A stretch of 48,799 bases of DNA from NCBI GenBank assembly GCA_964576115.1, contig CAZNUA010000026.1, positions 1 through 48,799 of the forward strand, in the 5' to 3' direction. Position 1 is the stretch's first letter. Each line of letters begins with the position of its first letter. The notes under the pieces are model-generated. The model was not told where the DNA came from. It worked only from the letters and a program-made list of their open reading frames with translations, and did no database searches. Source of the DNA: an uncultured Gemmatimonadota bacterium (GTDB taxonomy: Bacteria; Blakebacterota; Blakebacteria; Blakebacterales; Blakebacteraceae). The position numbers and the translations under genes are program-made. This document shows, piece by piece, positions 18,410 to 26,951 of the stretch.

Positions 18410-18463
18410 ATCCACAAGCCCTTTCTCGACATAAAAACAGCTGCACATCCGGGACGGTAATGG

Positions 18464-19498
18464 TCAGGCCGAAGCGACGACGTCGGCCATGGCCTGCAGG
18501 TTTTCGATCGGCGTGCCGGGCGAGACGCCGCCGCCGACCGAGACCACCAGGGGACCGACCGTGTCGATCCGCGAGATCAGGTCGGCGGTGGCGGTGCGGA
18601 CCTCATCGGGGGTGCCCCGCACCAGCAGGTCGAGGGGGGGCAGGTTGCCCATCAGGACGACCTCGGATCCCAGGGCTTCCCGGGCCCGCTCCAGATCGAC
18701 CTCGTGACTGAAATTGAAAGCGTCCATGCCGATCGTGGCCAGCCCGTCGAGCATGGCCTCGTTGGGTGTGTCGTTATGGTAGATATGGATCAGATCGGGG
18801 AAGGCGGCGAAGATCCGGCGCAGCAGGGGCAGGGCGAAGGTGGCGGCATCCTCGGGTCCGATCATCCCGACGATGTCGTCCAGCACCAGCACCCCGAACG
18901 GATCCTCCATGCGCTCGAGCTGGCTCGAGAGCCAGGCAATGCAGAGATCGGCGGTCTTTTCGAGCAGGGCCAGGCAGGGCTCGGGCACGAGCTGAGTGGC
19001 CATCAGCAGTTCGGTCACCCCGGCCAGGTGCGCCGCCACGGCCAGCGGGCCCCGGGCGGCGGCCATGCGCGGTGCCAGCCCCCGGGCTTTGAGGTCCGGT
19101 GCCATCCGCTCGTAGTGGCGCAGAATCGCCGGCATCAGACCGTCGGTCTCGGGATCGGGAACAGGCGCCTCGACCAGATCGGTCAGTGGCTGCGGATGCG
19201 GCCCGATCGAAGGGGGCGAGAAGCGGCTCCACCTGATCGGCACGCCCCAGCCGCTCGGTTCGGCGGCCATGCCGTATTCCCACCAGGCGCCGGGTACGAA
19301 AGCCGTCCCGGGCAGATCGGTCGCGGCCCGCTCCTGGGCGGCGAGCCAGAGCGCGGGATCGAAGTAGTAATCGAGGGTGTCGGCTTCCACATACCCCGGC
19401 AGCCAGGGGGAATCGATGATCAGGGCCGTCATCGTCCGTTCCCGGGCAGGGTGGCGGAGCAGTTCCTCGAATGTCGCCAGGGTCTGGGGATAGTCCAC
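18464..19498 (-). CDS. Uroporphyrinogen decarboxylase (URO-D/MtaA-CmuA-like) family protein
   Basis: RGPLAVAAHLAG, DDIVGMIGP, LMGNLPPLDLLVRGTPDEV, SPGTPIENL. GTG start 13 nt after the uxaC stop. Confidence 0.85.
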   Translation of the reverse strand: MDYPQTLATFEELLRHPARERTMTALIIDSPWLPGYVEADTLDYYFDPALWLAAQERAATDLPGTAFVPGAWWEYGMAAEPSGWGVPIRWSRFSPPSIGPHPQPLTDLVEAPVPDPETDGLMPAILRHYERMAPDLKARGLAPRMAAARGPLAVAAHLAGVTELLMATQLVPEPCLALLEKTADLCIAWLSSQLERMEDPFGVLVLDDIVGMIGPEDAATFALPLLRRIFAAFPDLIHIYHNDTPNEAMLDGLATIGMDAFNFSHEVDLERAREALGSEVVLMGNLPPLDLLVRGTPDEVRTATADLISRIDTVGPLVVSVGGGVSPGTPIENLQAMADVVASA

Positions 19499-19511
19499 CG
19501 GCGCTGTCCTT

Positions 19512-20951
19512 TCAGCGGTCCTCTCCGTCGAGCCGGTAGGCTTCCCGAACCAGGTCGCGGGCCAGGGCGAGGCTCATGCGTTCGGATTCCTCGCGGTCGA
19601 TGATATGCCGGGCCACCAGACCGGCCAGCCAGGTGCAGTCCATGCGCCGGGCCAGGTCGTGCCGGGCCGGGATCGATACGAACGAACGGGTGTCGTCGTT
19701 GAAACCGACCGTGTTCCAGATCCCGGCCGTCTCGGTCACCCGGCGGCGGTAGCGCAACATGCCCTCGACACTGTCATGGAACCACCAGGGGGGACCGAGC
19801 CTGAGAGCCGGGTAGTGGCCGGCCAGGGGGGCCAGCTCGCGGCTGTAGGCCGATTCATCGAGAGTGAAGACGATCAGGGTCAGGCGCGGATCGTTGCCGT
19901 AGCGGTTCAGCAGGGGGCGCAGGTTGCGGGTGTATTCGGTCGCGACGGGGATATCGGCCCCCCGGTCGGATCCGAAGCGTTCGAACAGGGGCCAATTGTG
20001 ATTGCGTAGCGAGCCGGAGTGCAGCTGCATCACCAGCCCGTCCTCGCAACTCATGCGGGCCATTTCCATGAGCATGTGGGCTCCAAAGAGCCGGGCGTCG
20101 GCTTCATCGGCCTCGCCCCGCAGGGCCCGGGCGAAAAGGGCCTCCCGTTCACGGTCGGTCAGCTCGAGGGTCAAAGGCGTTTGGACCCCGTGATCGGTGG
20201 CGACCGCTCCCCGGGCGCGGAAATAGACGCGGCGATCCTCCAGGGCCCGGATGAAGGCGGCCACATCGCCGATCTCGAACCCGACCGCAGCGCTCAGAGC
20301 CTCGAGTTCGGCCCGCCAGCCGGACTCGGCGATCGCGAACAGGGCGTCGGGGCGCAGGCAGGGGATGACCCGCCCCGGCCAGTCTGACTCGGCGATCTTT
20401 GCGTGGGCACTCAGGGGATCGGCGGCGGCATCGGTGGTACAGAGGACCTCGAGGCCGAAGCGCTCGTAGAGGGCCCGGGGCCGGAACTCCGGCCGGGCGA
20501 GCGCCTCCGCGATCCGGTCGTAGATCGCAGCAGCGGTGTCACTGGCCAGTTTCTCCTCGATCCCGAACACGGCGGCAAGAGTATGGCGCAGCCAGAGTCC
20601 GGAGGGAGTACCGGCGAAGAGATGAGCGTGCTCGGCGAAGGTCTGCCAGATCCGGCGGGGATCGCTCTCGACCGGCGAGCCGTCGCGGGCGGGAAGGCCG
20701 AGAGTCTCGAGGGGCACGCCCCGGGAATAGAGCATCCGGTAGAGGTAGTGATCGGGGCTCACGATCAGGGCGGCGGGATTGTCGAAGGGCTCGTTGTCGG
20801 CGAACCAGCGCGGGTCGCAATGCCCGTGCGGGCTCACGATCGGCAGATTGCGGACCCGGGCGTAGAGCTCCCGGGCGATATCGCGGACCGCGGGATCGGG
20901 ATCGAAGAAGCGGTCGGGATGCAGGGCCGGCGTCTCGGTTTCGGTAGGCAT
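19512..20951 (-). CDS. uxaC: Glucuronate isomerase (uronate isomerase)
   Basis: LPIVSPHGH, PDHYLYRMLYS, VLCTTD, ATDHG, GLVMQLH, LGPPWWFHDS, GFNDDTR, IPARHD. Confidence 0.96.
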   Translation of the reverse strand: MPTETETPALHPDRFFDPDPAVRDIARELYARVRNLPIVSPHGHCDPRWFADNEPFDNPAALIVSPDHYLYRMLYSRGVPLETLGLPARDGSPVESDPRRIWQTFAEHAHLFAGTPSGLWLRHTLAAVFGIEEKLASDTAAAIYDRIAEALARPEFRPRALYERFGLEVLCTTDAAADPLSAHAKIAESDWPGRVIPCLRPDALFAIAESGWRAELEALSAAVGFEIGDVAAFIRALEDRRVYFRARGAVATDHGVQTPLTLELTDREREALFARALRGEADEADARLFGAHMLMEMARMSCEDGLVMQLHSGSLRNHNWPLFERFGSDRGADIPVATEYTRNLRPLLNRYGNDPRLTLIVFTLDESAYSRELAPLAGHYPALRLGPPWWFHDSVEGMLRYRRRVTETAGIWNTVGFNDDTRSFVSIPARHDLARRMDCTWLAGLVARHIIDREESERMSLALARDLVREAYRLDGEDR

Positions 20952-21084
20952 GGTGACCGGGATCATACACCGGGCAGGGATGCGCCGGTAAGCCAAAGAT
21001 CGGGTGAATACCGCAGGGCGGTGAGTCGAATCGGGTTGTTCCCTCACCAGAGCTGTTCTATTACGTGTGGGAAGGAGTATGCTC

Positions 21085-22020
21085 ATGACTGATCTATCAC
21101 CGACAGATCGCAGCACCGATCTCTATCGGGACCTGATGCTCCATGTCCGGAAGCAGACCGATGCCGTGGGCAGAGGGGAACAGATCTCGGTCAGAGACAC
21201 CGAGCCGATCGCCCACAGACTGCTCGAGGAGGTCACCCGTTCCTCCGGATTGCTCTCGACGGCGATGGGGTATTTCGACCCGCTCGACTTCGTTGTCTCC
21301 CATGCCGCCAACGTGGCGATATATACCCTCAAGATGACTCTCGACATGGGTCTGCCGGAACGCGACATAGAAAGCGCGGTGATCGCCGCTATCCTGCACG
21401 ATGTCGGTTTCAGCAGGGTACCGGTGTACAGCCGGGAGAGCGAAAAGATCCAGATGTGCCTGGAGGATCCCCTCCAGGCTCTCACCGGGGAGGATCACCA
21501 GCTCGTGACCCGGCATCCGGTCTACGGCCACGAGGCGATTCTGCCCGATGATCCCCGTTCGGAACTGATCGCGGACATCATTCTCCAGCATCACGAAAAA
21601 GCCGACGGTTCGGGGTATCCGAACGGCCTGATGGAATCCGAACAGCATGCCCAGGCCAGGATCATCTCGATCATCGACACCTATGAAGCCCTCGTCCACC
21701 CCCGTCCCTGCCGGGATGCCCTGGTTCCGCCGCAGGGGATCGAGGCCATCAAGAACCAGACCAGGGGAGCGTACTCCTCCGACATGATCCGGGCTCTGCT
21801 CAACTCTTTTTCGGTCTATCCGGTCGGGCATTTCGTGCGTCTGAGCAACGGGGCGATAGGGAAAGTCGTGGAGACACACCGGGAGAATCCCCTGCAGCCG
21901 GTCGTCGAGCTGCGTTTCGATCAGAAGGGCGATCCGATCGATCCCCCCCGACAGCTGGATCTGAGTGAGGAACAGATGCTCTCGGTCAAGGAGTGCCTGC
22001 CCCGCTTCAGGCCTTCCTGA
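21085..22020 (+). CDS. HD-GYP domain phosphohydrolase (putative c-di-GMP phosphodiesterase)
   Basis: ILHDVG, HP..G, QHHEKADGSGYP, IIDTYEAL, C-terminal YPVGHFVRLSNG extension. AAGGAG RBS 7 nt before ATG 21085. Confidence 0.9.
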   Translation: MTDLSPTDRSTDLYRDLMLHVRKQTDAVGRGEQISVRDTEPIAHRLLEEVTRSSGLLSTAMGYFDPLDFVVSHAANVAIYTLKMTLDMGLPERDIESAVIAAILHDVGFSRVPVYSRESEKIQMCLEDPLQALTGEDHQLVTRHPVYGHEAILPDDPRSELIADIILQHHEKADGSGYPNGLMESEQHAQARIISIIDTYEALVHPRPCRDALVPPQGIEAIKNQTRGAYSSDMIRALLNSFSVYPVGHFVRLSNGAIGKVVETHRENPLQPVVELRFDQKGDPIDPPRQLDLSEEQMLSVKECLPRFRPS

Positions 22021-22175
22021 GTCGAATTCCTGCAGCGGTAATGTGATCGGTGGGACCGTATAAGCAGGGCGTGGCTGGTCAGTATGGACAAGAGGGATTC
22101 GCTGGTGGCATCCCCCTCGAGGCTCGGAGTAGAATCCGCGGTGTCCATTCAGGTGCATATCGGCGAGGAGGAGAA

Positions 22176-23396
22176 ATGATGCCGCGATCTGCTCGAGTCT
22201 CGTTTCTGATCCTCATTCCGGTCCTGCTCTTTCTGCCCGTGTCACTCTCAGCCCAGGGACAGGATCCGGAGGAACCGTACCGTGAGTACCGTCTGCTGGC
22301 GGGCGAACTGACCGAGATCGAGATCGCCGCCGCCACCGGACACACCCTGAACAAGGTCTTCTCCGACATCTACTTCCGGGGCTTCGGGGCCGACCTGCCG
22401 GAGAAGATCCGGCCGATCACCGATGTCGTCTGGCAGATCTTCTGGACCTTCACTTTCACCATGTGGCCGCACGACATGGGCCACTGGGTTCGGGCCGACC
22501 AGGTCGGTGGGCACTTTCTCGTCCACGGTTATGCCTTCCCTTTCCCTCATGCCGAGATGCACCTGCCCGATGTGACCGCACCGGGGGAATCCACTCTCAC
22601 CTCGACGGGGGGCTTCGAGGTCAACCACCTGATGGCCTACCGGACCCACCGTGATCTCTATCAGCGCGGCTGGGCCTTTGCCGACGAACTGGTTCACTCC
22701 TTCATCCAGCAGACCCATATCCCCTTTTACGCCTTCCTGCTCACGCCGGCCCGGGCCACCAAGCCGGAGACCTGGACCGACACCGTCGGCGATCCGGTCG
22801 AAGCGGTCCTCTCGATTTACGGGGATTACACCGGCCGCCCGGCCATCCGCCCCGACGGCTCGGTCGATCCCGAACTGGTCGATCTGTACCGGGAGACGAT
22901 CTGGGTCGGACTGCTGTGGACCCTCGCCGACCCGACCCTGCACCGGAGCCTGAAAGCCTTTGACGCCGATATGCGCGAGAATCACGGCCTGATGCGATCG
23001 CGGATGTGGGGCGACGAGCGCTTCGCCTGGCTGCCCGGAACACGTTTTCATATCGGCCCGCTCGGCTACGAACTCTACCTGCTCGGCTATCTGCGCCGGC
23101 ACGACCGTTTTGGAGTGGTCTACCTCAGGGGGGGCCGGCCCTACCACAACCTCGGTCTGGGGGTCGATCTGCCCGATCTGATCCGGACCGGCAGGTTCTC
23201 GTTCGGTCTGGCCGCCGATCTCTGGGACCAGGATCTCTACGGACCGGGAGCGGCCCTGACCGTGGAGACCGGGTTCCGGCTCACTCCGAAGCTGGCTCTG
23301 GAGGCCAAGGGGACCTGGAAGGACCGCGGCTGGCTTCTGGGCCGGCAGATCGATCAGTCGCTGACCCTGCTGGGTGGTTTCTCCTGGCGTTTCTGA
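22176..23396 (+). CDS. Hypothetical exported/outer-membrane protein
   Basis: AGGAGG RBS; signal peptide (...LFLPVSLSA|Q); C-terminal beta-strand pattern ending in Phe (GFSWRF); internal HDMGH. Confidence 0.7.
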   Translation: MMPRSARVSFLILIPVLLFLPVSLSAQGQDPEEPYREYRLLAGELTEIEIAAATGHTLNKVFSDIYFRGFGADLPEKIRPITDVVWQIFWTFTFTMWPHDMGHWVRADQVGGHFLVHGYAFPFPHAEMHLPDVTAPGESTLTSTGGFEVNHLMAYRTHRDLYQRGWAFADELVHSFIQQTHIPFYAFLLTPARATKPETWTDTVGDPVEAVLSIYGDYTGRPAIRPDGSVDPELVDLYRETIWVGLLWTLADPTLHRSLKAFDADMRENHGLMRSRMWGDERFAWLPGTRFHIGPLGYELYLLGYLRRHDRFGVVYLRGGRPYHNLGLGVDLPDLIRTGRFSFGLAADLWDQDLYGPGAALTVETGFRLTPKLALEAKGTWKDRGWLLGRQIDQSLTLLGGFSWRF

Positions 23397-23475
23397 TCCC
23401 GCCTCCGGACGATGGGAAAGGAGAGTGACCGGCATGACCGGCAAAGGATGGTCGAAATTTCTGAAAGGTGATCCG

Positions 23476-23779
23476 ATGACATGGCTGATGCTGGCGGCCT
23501 TCCTGGCCGCCTGCTTCGTGGTGGCGGGGATCGGGGGGTGGTTCACTTCCCAGGGCCTGACGGAGTGGTATGACGGACTGGTCAAACCCGTNNNNNNNNN
23601 NNNNNNNNNNNNNNNNNNNNNNNNNNNNNNNNNNNNNNNNNNNNNNNNNNNNNNNNNNNNNNNNNNNNNNNNNNNNNNNNNNNNNNNNNNNCACTGCGGC
23701 CGGGGTGCTGATGCTTCCCTACCTGCTCTGGGTCACCTTCGCCGCGGTGCTGAATGCGGCCCTGGTGCGGCTGAACTGA
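23476..23779 (+). CDS. tspO: TspO/MBR family tryptophan-rich sensory protein (interrupted by assembly gap)
   Basis: N-part ...GGWFTSQGLTEWYDGLVKP and C-part AGVLMLPYLLWVTFAAVLN flank the N-run; both are TspO signature segments. Confidence 0.85.
23592..23691. other. Assembly gap (100 N)
   Basis: Run of exactly 100 n characters. Confidence 1.
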
Positions 23780-23842
23780 ACCGGGCGGACTGACTTCTGG
23801 TACACGAATGACCCGGGCGAACCTGACAAAGGAGCTTTTCGC

Positions 23843-25111
23843 ATGACAGCTGCTCGATGCCGGCCGATCGCAAGCGCCGTTCTGAGCCTGGCACTGACGG
23901 CGGGACTCTCCCCATCAGCCGCCGCCCGGCAACAGGATCCCGACCTGCTGGGGCTCGAGAAGGCCGGGGTCAGGGCCGCACTCGATCAGATCGAACGCGA
24001 CCGCGATCGCACGGCGGCCTTCCTGGTCGAGATCGGCGGTATCATCTCTCCCTCGGGGCAGGAACGGGAACGGGCTGAAGCCGTGGCCGCCCGGATGCGG
24101 GCCATCGGCCTGGAGCGGGTGCGGGTGGATTCAGCCCCCAACGCCGTCGGCATGGTGCCGGGGCGTTCGGGTCGGGCCCTGGTGTTCGTCTCGACCCTCG
24201 ACGATCTGGCCACGGTGGCCGAGCATCAGCGCCGGCGGGCCGGACCGCCGCGCATCGTCGGCGATCGGGTCGAGGGTCCGGGCACCAACACCTCGCTGAC
24301 CACCGCCGCCATGCTGGCCGCCGCCGAAGCCCTGATCGCCAACGGTGTCGAGCCCGCCCACGATCTGATCTTCGCCGCGGTGGCCCAGGAAGAGACCGGC
24401 CTGCGGGGGATGAAACAGCTCTATGAAGAGTACCGTGAGACCGCGGTGGGCTTCGTGGACATCCTGGGGGACGGCGGGAGCATCTCGTACGGCGCCATCG
24501 GCATCCACTGGTGGCGGGTGATTGCGCGCGGTCCGGCCGGCCACAGCCTGGGCGGGGGGCTGCCCAACGTCAATCAGGGCATCGCCCGCGCGGTCGACCG
24601 CATCCTGCTGCTGCCCCAGCCGCAGCAGTATCGCGACGAGCGCACCGTCGCCAACATCGCCCAGGTGCACAGCGGAGTCGTCTTCAACCACAAACCGGCC
24701 GAAGGGTGGTTCTCGCTCGACCTGCGCTCGCTCGACAACGAGGTGATCGCCGCCATGGAGGCCGGGGTGCGGGACATCCTGGAAGAGGTCACCACAGAGA
24801 CCGGGATCGACTTCGAGACCGAACCCTTCCAGCTGACCCCCGGGGGCCAGTTGCCCGGCGCGCGGGAGTCGGCGCTGGTGCGCACCGCCGAAGCCGCCGC
24901 CCGCTGGCTGGGGCGCGATCCGCGGCTGAGCAATGCCGGCTCGTCGAACATGAACGTGGCCGTGGCCGGAGGCTCGCCGGCCATCGGACTGGGGGGCTCG
25001 CGGGGCGGAAGCCGCGGAGAGCCCGGCGAGTGGGCCGACATACCCGCCATGCTGCGCACGGCCCGACTCGTCCTGCTGCTGGCCGCCGCGCCGCTGGAGC
25101 AGGACCGCTGA
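23843..25111 (+). CDS. Secreted M20/M25/M40-family peptidase-like protein (degenerate metal site)
   Basis: Signal peptide; SPSGQERERA, AQEETG, dimerisation domain GPAGHS...DLRS, SSNMN...GSPAIGLG. Confidence 0.8.
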   Translation: MTAARCRPIASAVLSLALTAGLSPSAAARQQDPDLLGLEKAGVRAALDQIERDRDRTAAFLVEIGGIISPSGQERERAEAVAARMRAIGLERVRVDSAPNAVGMVPGRSGRALVFVSTLDDLATVAEHQRRRAGPPRIVGDRVEGPGTNTSLTTAAMLAAAEALIANGVEPAHDLIFAAVAQEETGLRGMKQLYEEYRETAVGFVDILGDGGSISYGAIGIHWWRVIARGPAGHSLGGGLPNVNQGIARAVDRILLLPQPQQYRDERTVANIAQVHSGVVFNHKPAEGWFSLDLRSLDNEVIAAMEAGVRDILEEVTTETGIDFETEPFQLTPGGQLPGARESALVRTAEAAARWLGRDPRLSNAGSSNMNVAVAGGSPAIGLGGSRGGSRGEPGEWADIPAMLRTARLVLLLAAAPLEQDR

Positions 25112-25181
25112 CGGGAGTATACTCGTTGTTCTTCGAGTCTGTATTGCCGGCTCGCCGGCCACGATACAAAGGACACAGAAG

Positions 25182-26918
25182 ATGAATCCGATGAAGAGAG
25201 TCTCCGTTCTCCTGTCGGCCGTTTCGCTGCTGGCGGCATTCCTGCTTCTGCCGGCTGCGGTCTGCAAAGCCCAGCAAGCCGACCGGGTCTATCTCAACGG
25301 CAATATCTACACGGTCGATGAGGCCTTCAGCACCGCCTCGGCCATCGCCATCCATGACGGGCAGTTCATCTATGTGGGCGACGACGAGGGCGTACAGGCC
25401 CACGTCGGGCCGCGCACCTCTGTCTTCGACCTCGATGGCAGGACCGTCATTCCCGGTCTGCACGACGCCCATGTCCATATCAGGTACGGCGAGCGGCTTC
25501 TCTACCCGCGCACGCCCGATATCAGACCCTCGCTCGGGGAGTGGGCCTCGGTCGAGCAGATGCAGGCCGTGATCAGGCACTGCCTGGCCACCGGGGAGGG
25601 GATGCGCCCGGGCCCCGAGCCGCGGTGGTTGGTCCTCAGCGGCTGGATGTCCGATGTCTGGGATCCCCCGGTCTTCCGCAAAGAGCTGATCGACGCCGTG
25701 GCGCCCGACAACCCGGTCTACATCAGCCGCTACACCCACGGCAGCGGGGCCAACAGCAAGGCCCTGGAACTGGCCGGCATCACCCGCGATACCCCCGATC
25801 CCGAAGGCGGGCACATCAAGAAAGACGAGAACGGGGAGCCGACCGGCGAATTCGTGGAACGGGCGCCGTCATCACTGACCCGGCTCATCCCGCCCCTGCC
25901 GCCGACGACCGATTACGAGGAGAGCCGCAATCTGGTCGAGGGCACCCAGCTGGCCATCGCCAGCGGCCTGACGACCATCCACGGCGCCAGCCAGACCGGA
26001 TATGACGAGGTCCAGCGACGGATCAAACTCTACGAAGTGGGCCTGCTCCGGATCCGGATCAACGAGATGGTCCACGAATCGACCGCCCGGCGGCTGGGCG
26101 AGCCGCTCAATCACGAGAACCGGTACTTCGTGCAGTCGGTCAAGGCCTTCGCCGACGGGGCGCTGGGCTCGCGGGGAGCGCTCTTTCTGGAACCGTACAG
26201 CGACTACCCGGACTACTGCGGGGAAGGGCGGCGGACCGAGGACGAGATCGCCCGCTCTGCGACCGAGTTGCTCCCGATGGGCTTCAACATGCGCATCCAC
26301 TGTATCGGTGACGGCGCCAACCGGACCGCCATCAACGCCTACGAACGGGCTCTGCAGGCGACCGGGATCGACGGGCGCGAGGCCCGCTTTGCCCTCGAAC
26401 ACTGCCAGGTGCTGACCGCCGAAGACGTGCCCCGGCTGCGTGAGCTGGGCATCGTGGCCTCGATGCAGCCCCTGCACGCCATCGAGGACATGCACTTCGC
26501 CGAGGCCCGGATCGGGCCCGAGCGGCTGCAGTACGCCTACATCTGGAGCGATCTGATCGATCTCGGGGTTCCCATGGCCACCGGGACCGATTTCTCGGTC
26601 TCGCCCTACAATCCCTTTTACACCCTGCACGCCGCCGTGACCCGTCAGGACCGGGAGAACAACCCTCCGGGCGGCTGGATCCCCGAGCAGGCCATGACGC
26701 GCGAAGAAGCCCTGCGGGCGGCCACCATGGGCGGGGCCTACGTCATGTTCGCCGAGGACATTCTGGGTTCGATCGAGGTCGGCAAGCTGGCCGATTTCGT
26801 GGTCATTCCGGTCGATTACATGAGAGTCCCGGCCGAAGACATCTGGACAATCGAGCCCGATATGACCGTCATCGGCGGCGAGGTGGTCTATACCCGGCCG
26901 GTACAGATGGAGAGGTGA
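25182..26918 (+). CDS. Secreted amidohydrolase (YtcJ/Amidohydro_3-like)
   Basis: Signal peptide; PGLHDAHVH, KAFADGALGSRGA, IHCIGD, LEHCQ, TGTD, GSIEVGKLADF. Confidence 0.93.
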   Translation: MNPMKRVSVLLSAVSLLAAFLLLPAAVCKAQQADRVYLNGNIYTVDEAFSTASAIAIHDGQFIYVGDDEGVQAHVGPRTSVFDLDGRTVIPGLHDAHVHIRYGERLLYPRTPDIRPSLGEWASVEQMQAVIRHCLATGEGMRPGPEPRWLVLSGWMSDVWDPPVFRKELIDAVAPDNPVYISRYTHGSGANSKALELAGITRDTPDPEGGHIKKDENGEPTGEFVERAPSSLTRLIPPLPPTTDYEESRNLVEGTQLAIASGLTTIHGASQTGYDEVQRRIKLYEVGLLRIRINEMVHESTARRLGEPLNHENRYFVQSVKAFADGALGSRGALFLEPYSDYPDYCGEGRRTEDEIARSATELLPMGFNMRIHCIGDGANRTAINAYERALQATGIDGREARFALEHCQVLTAEDVPRLRELGIVASMQPLHAIEDMHFAEARIGPERLQYAYIWSDLIDLGVPMATGTDFSVSPYNPFYTLHAAVTRQDRENNPPGGWIPEQAMTREEALRAATMGGAYVMFAEDILGSIEVGKLADFVVIPVDYMRVPAEDIWTIEPDMTVIGGEVVYTRPVQMER

Positions 26919-26951
26919 TACGCGGCAGGAGCGGTTCCAGCGACGGCCGCC

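Noticed and set aside
18464-19498. hemE call
   Set aside because: Lacks the N-terminal RQAGR motif and any heme-pathway context.
22084-22148. Possible three-way-junction RNA (ATGGACA...TGTCCAT) upstream of the 22176 gene
   Set aside because: No riboswitch consensus recognised; it contains a TAGAAT -10-like element, so it is more likely promoter DNA.
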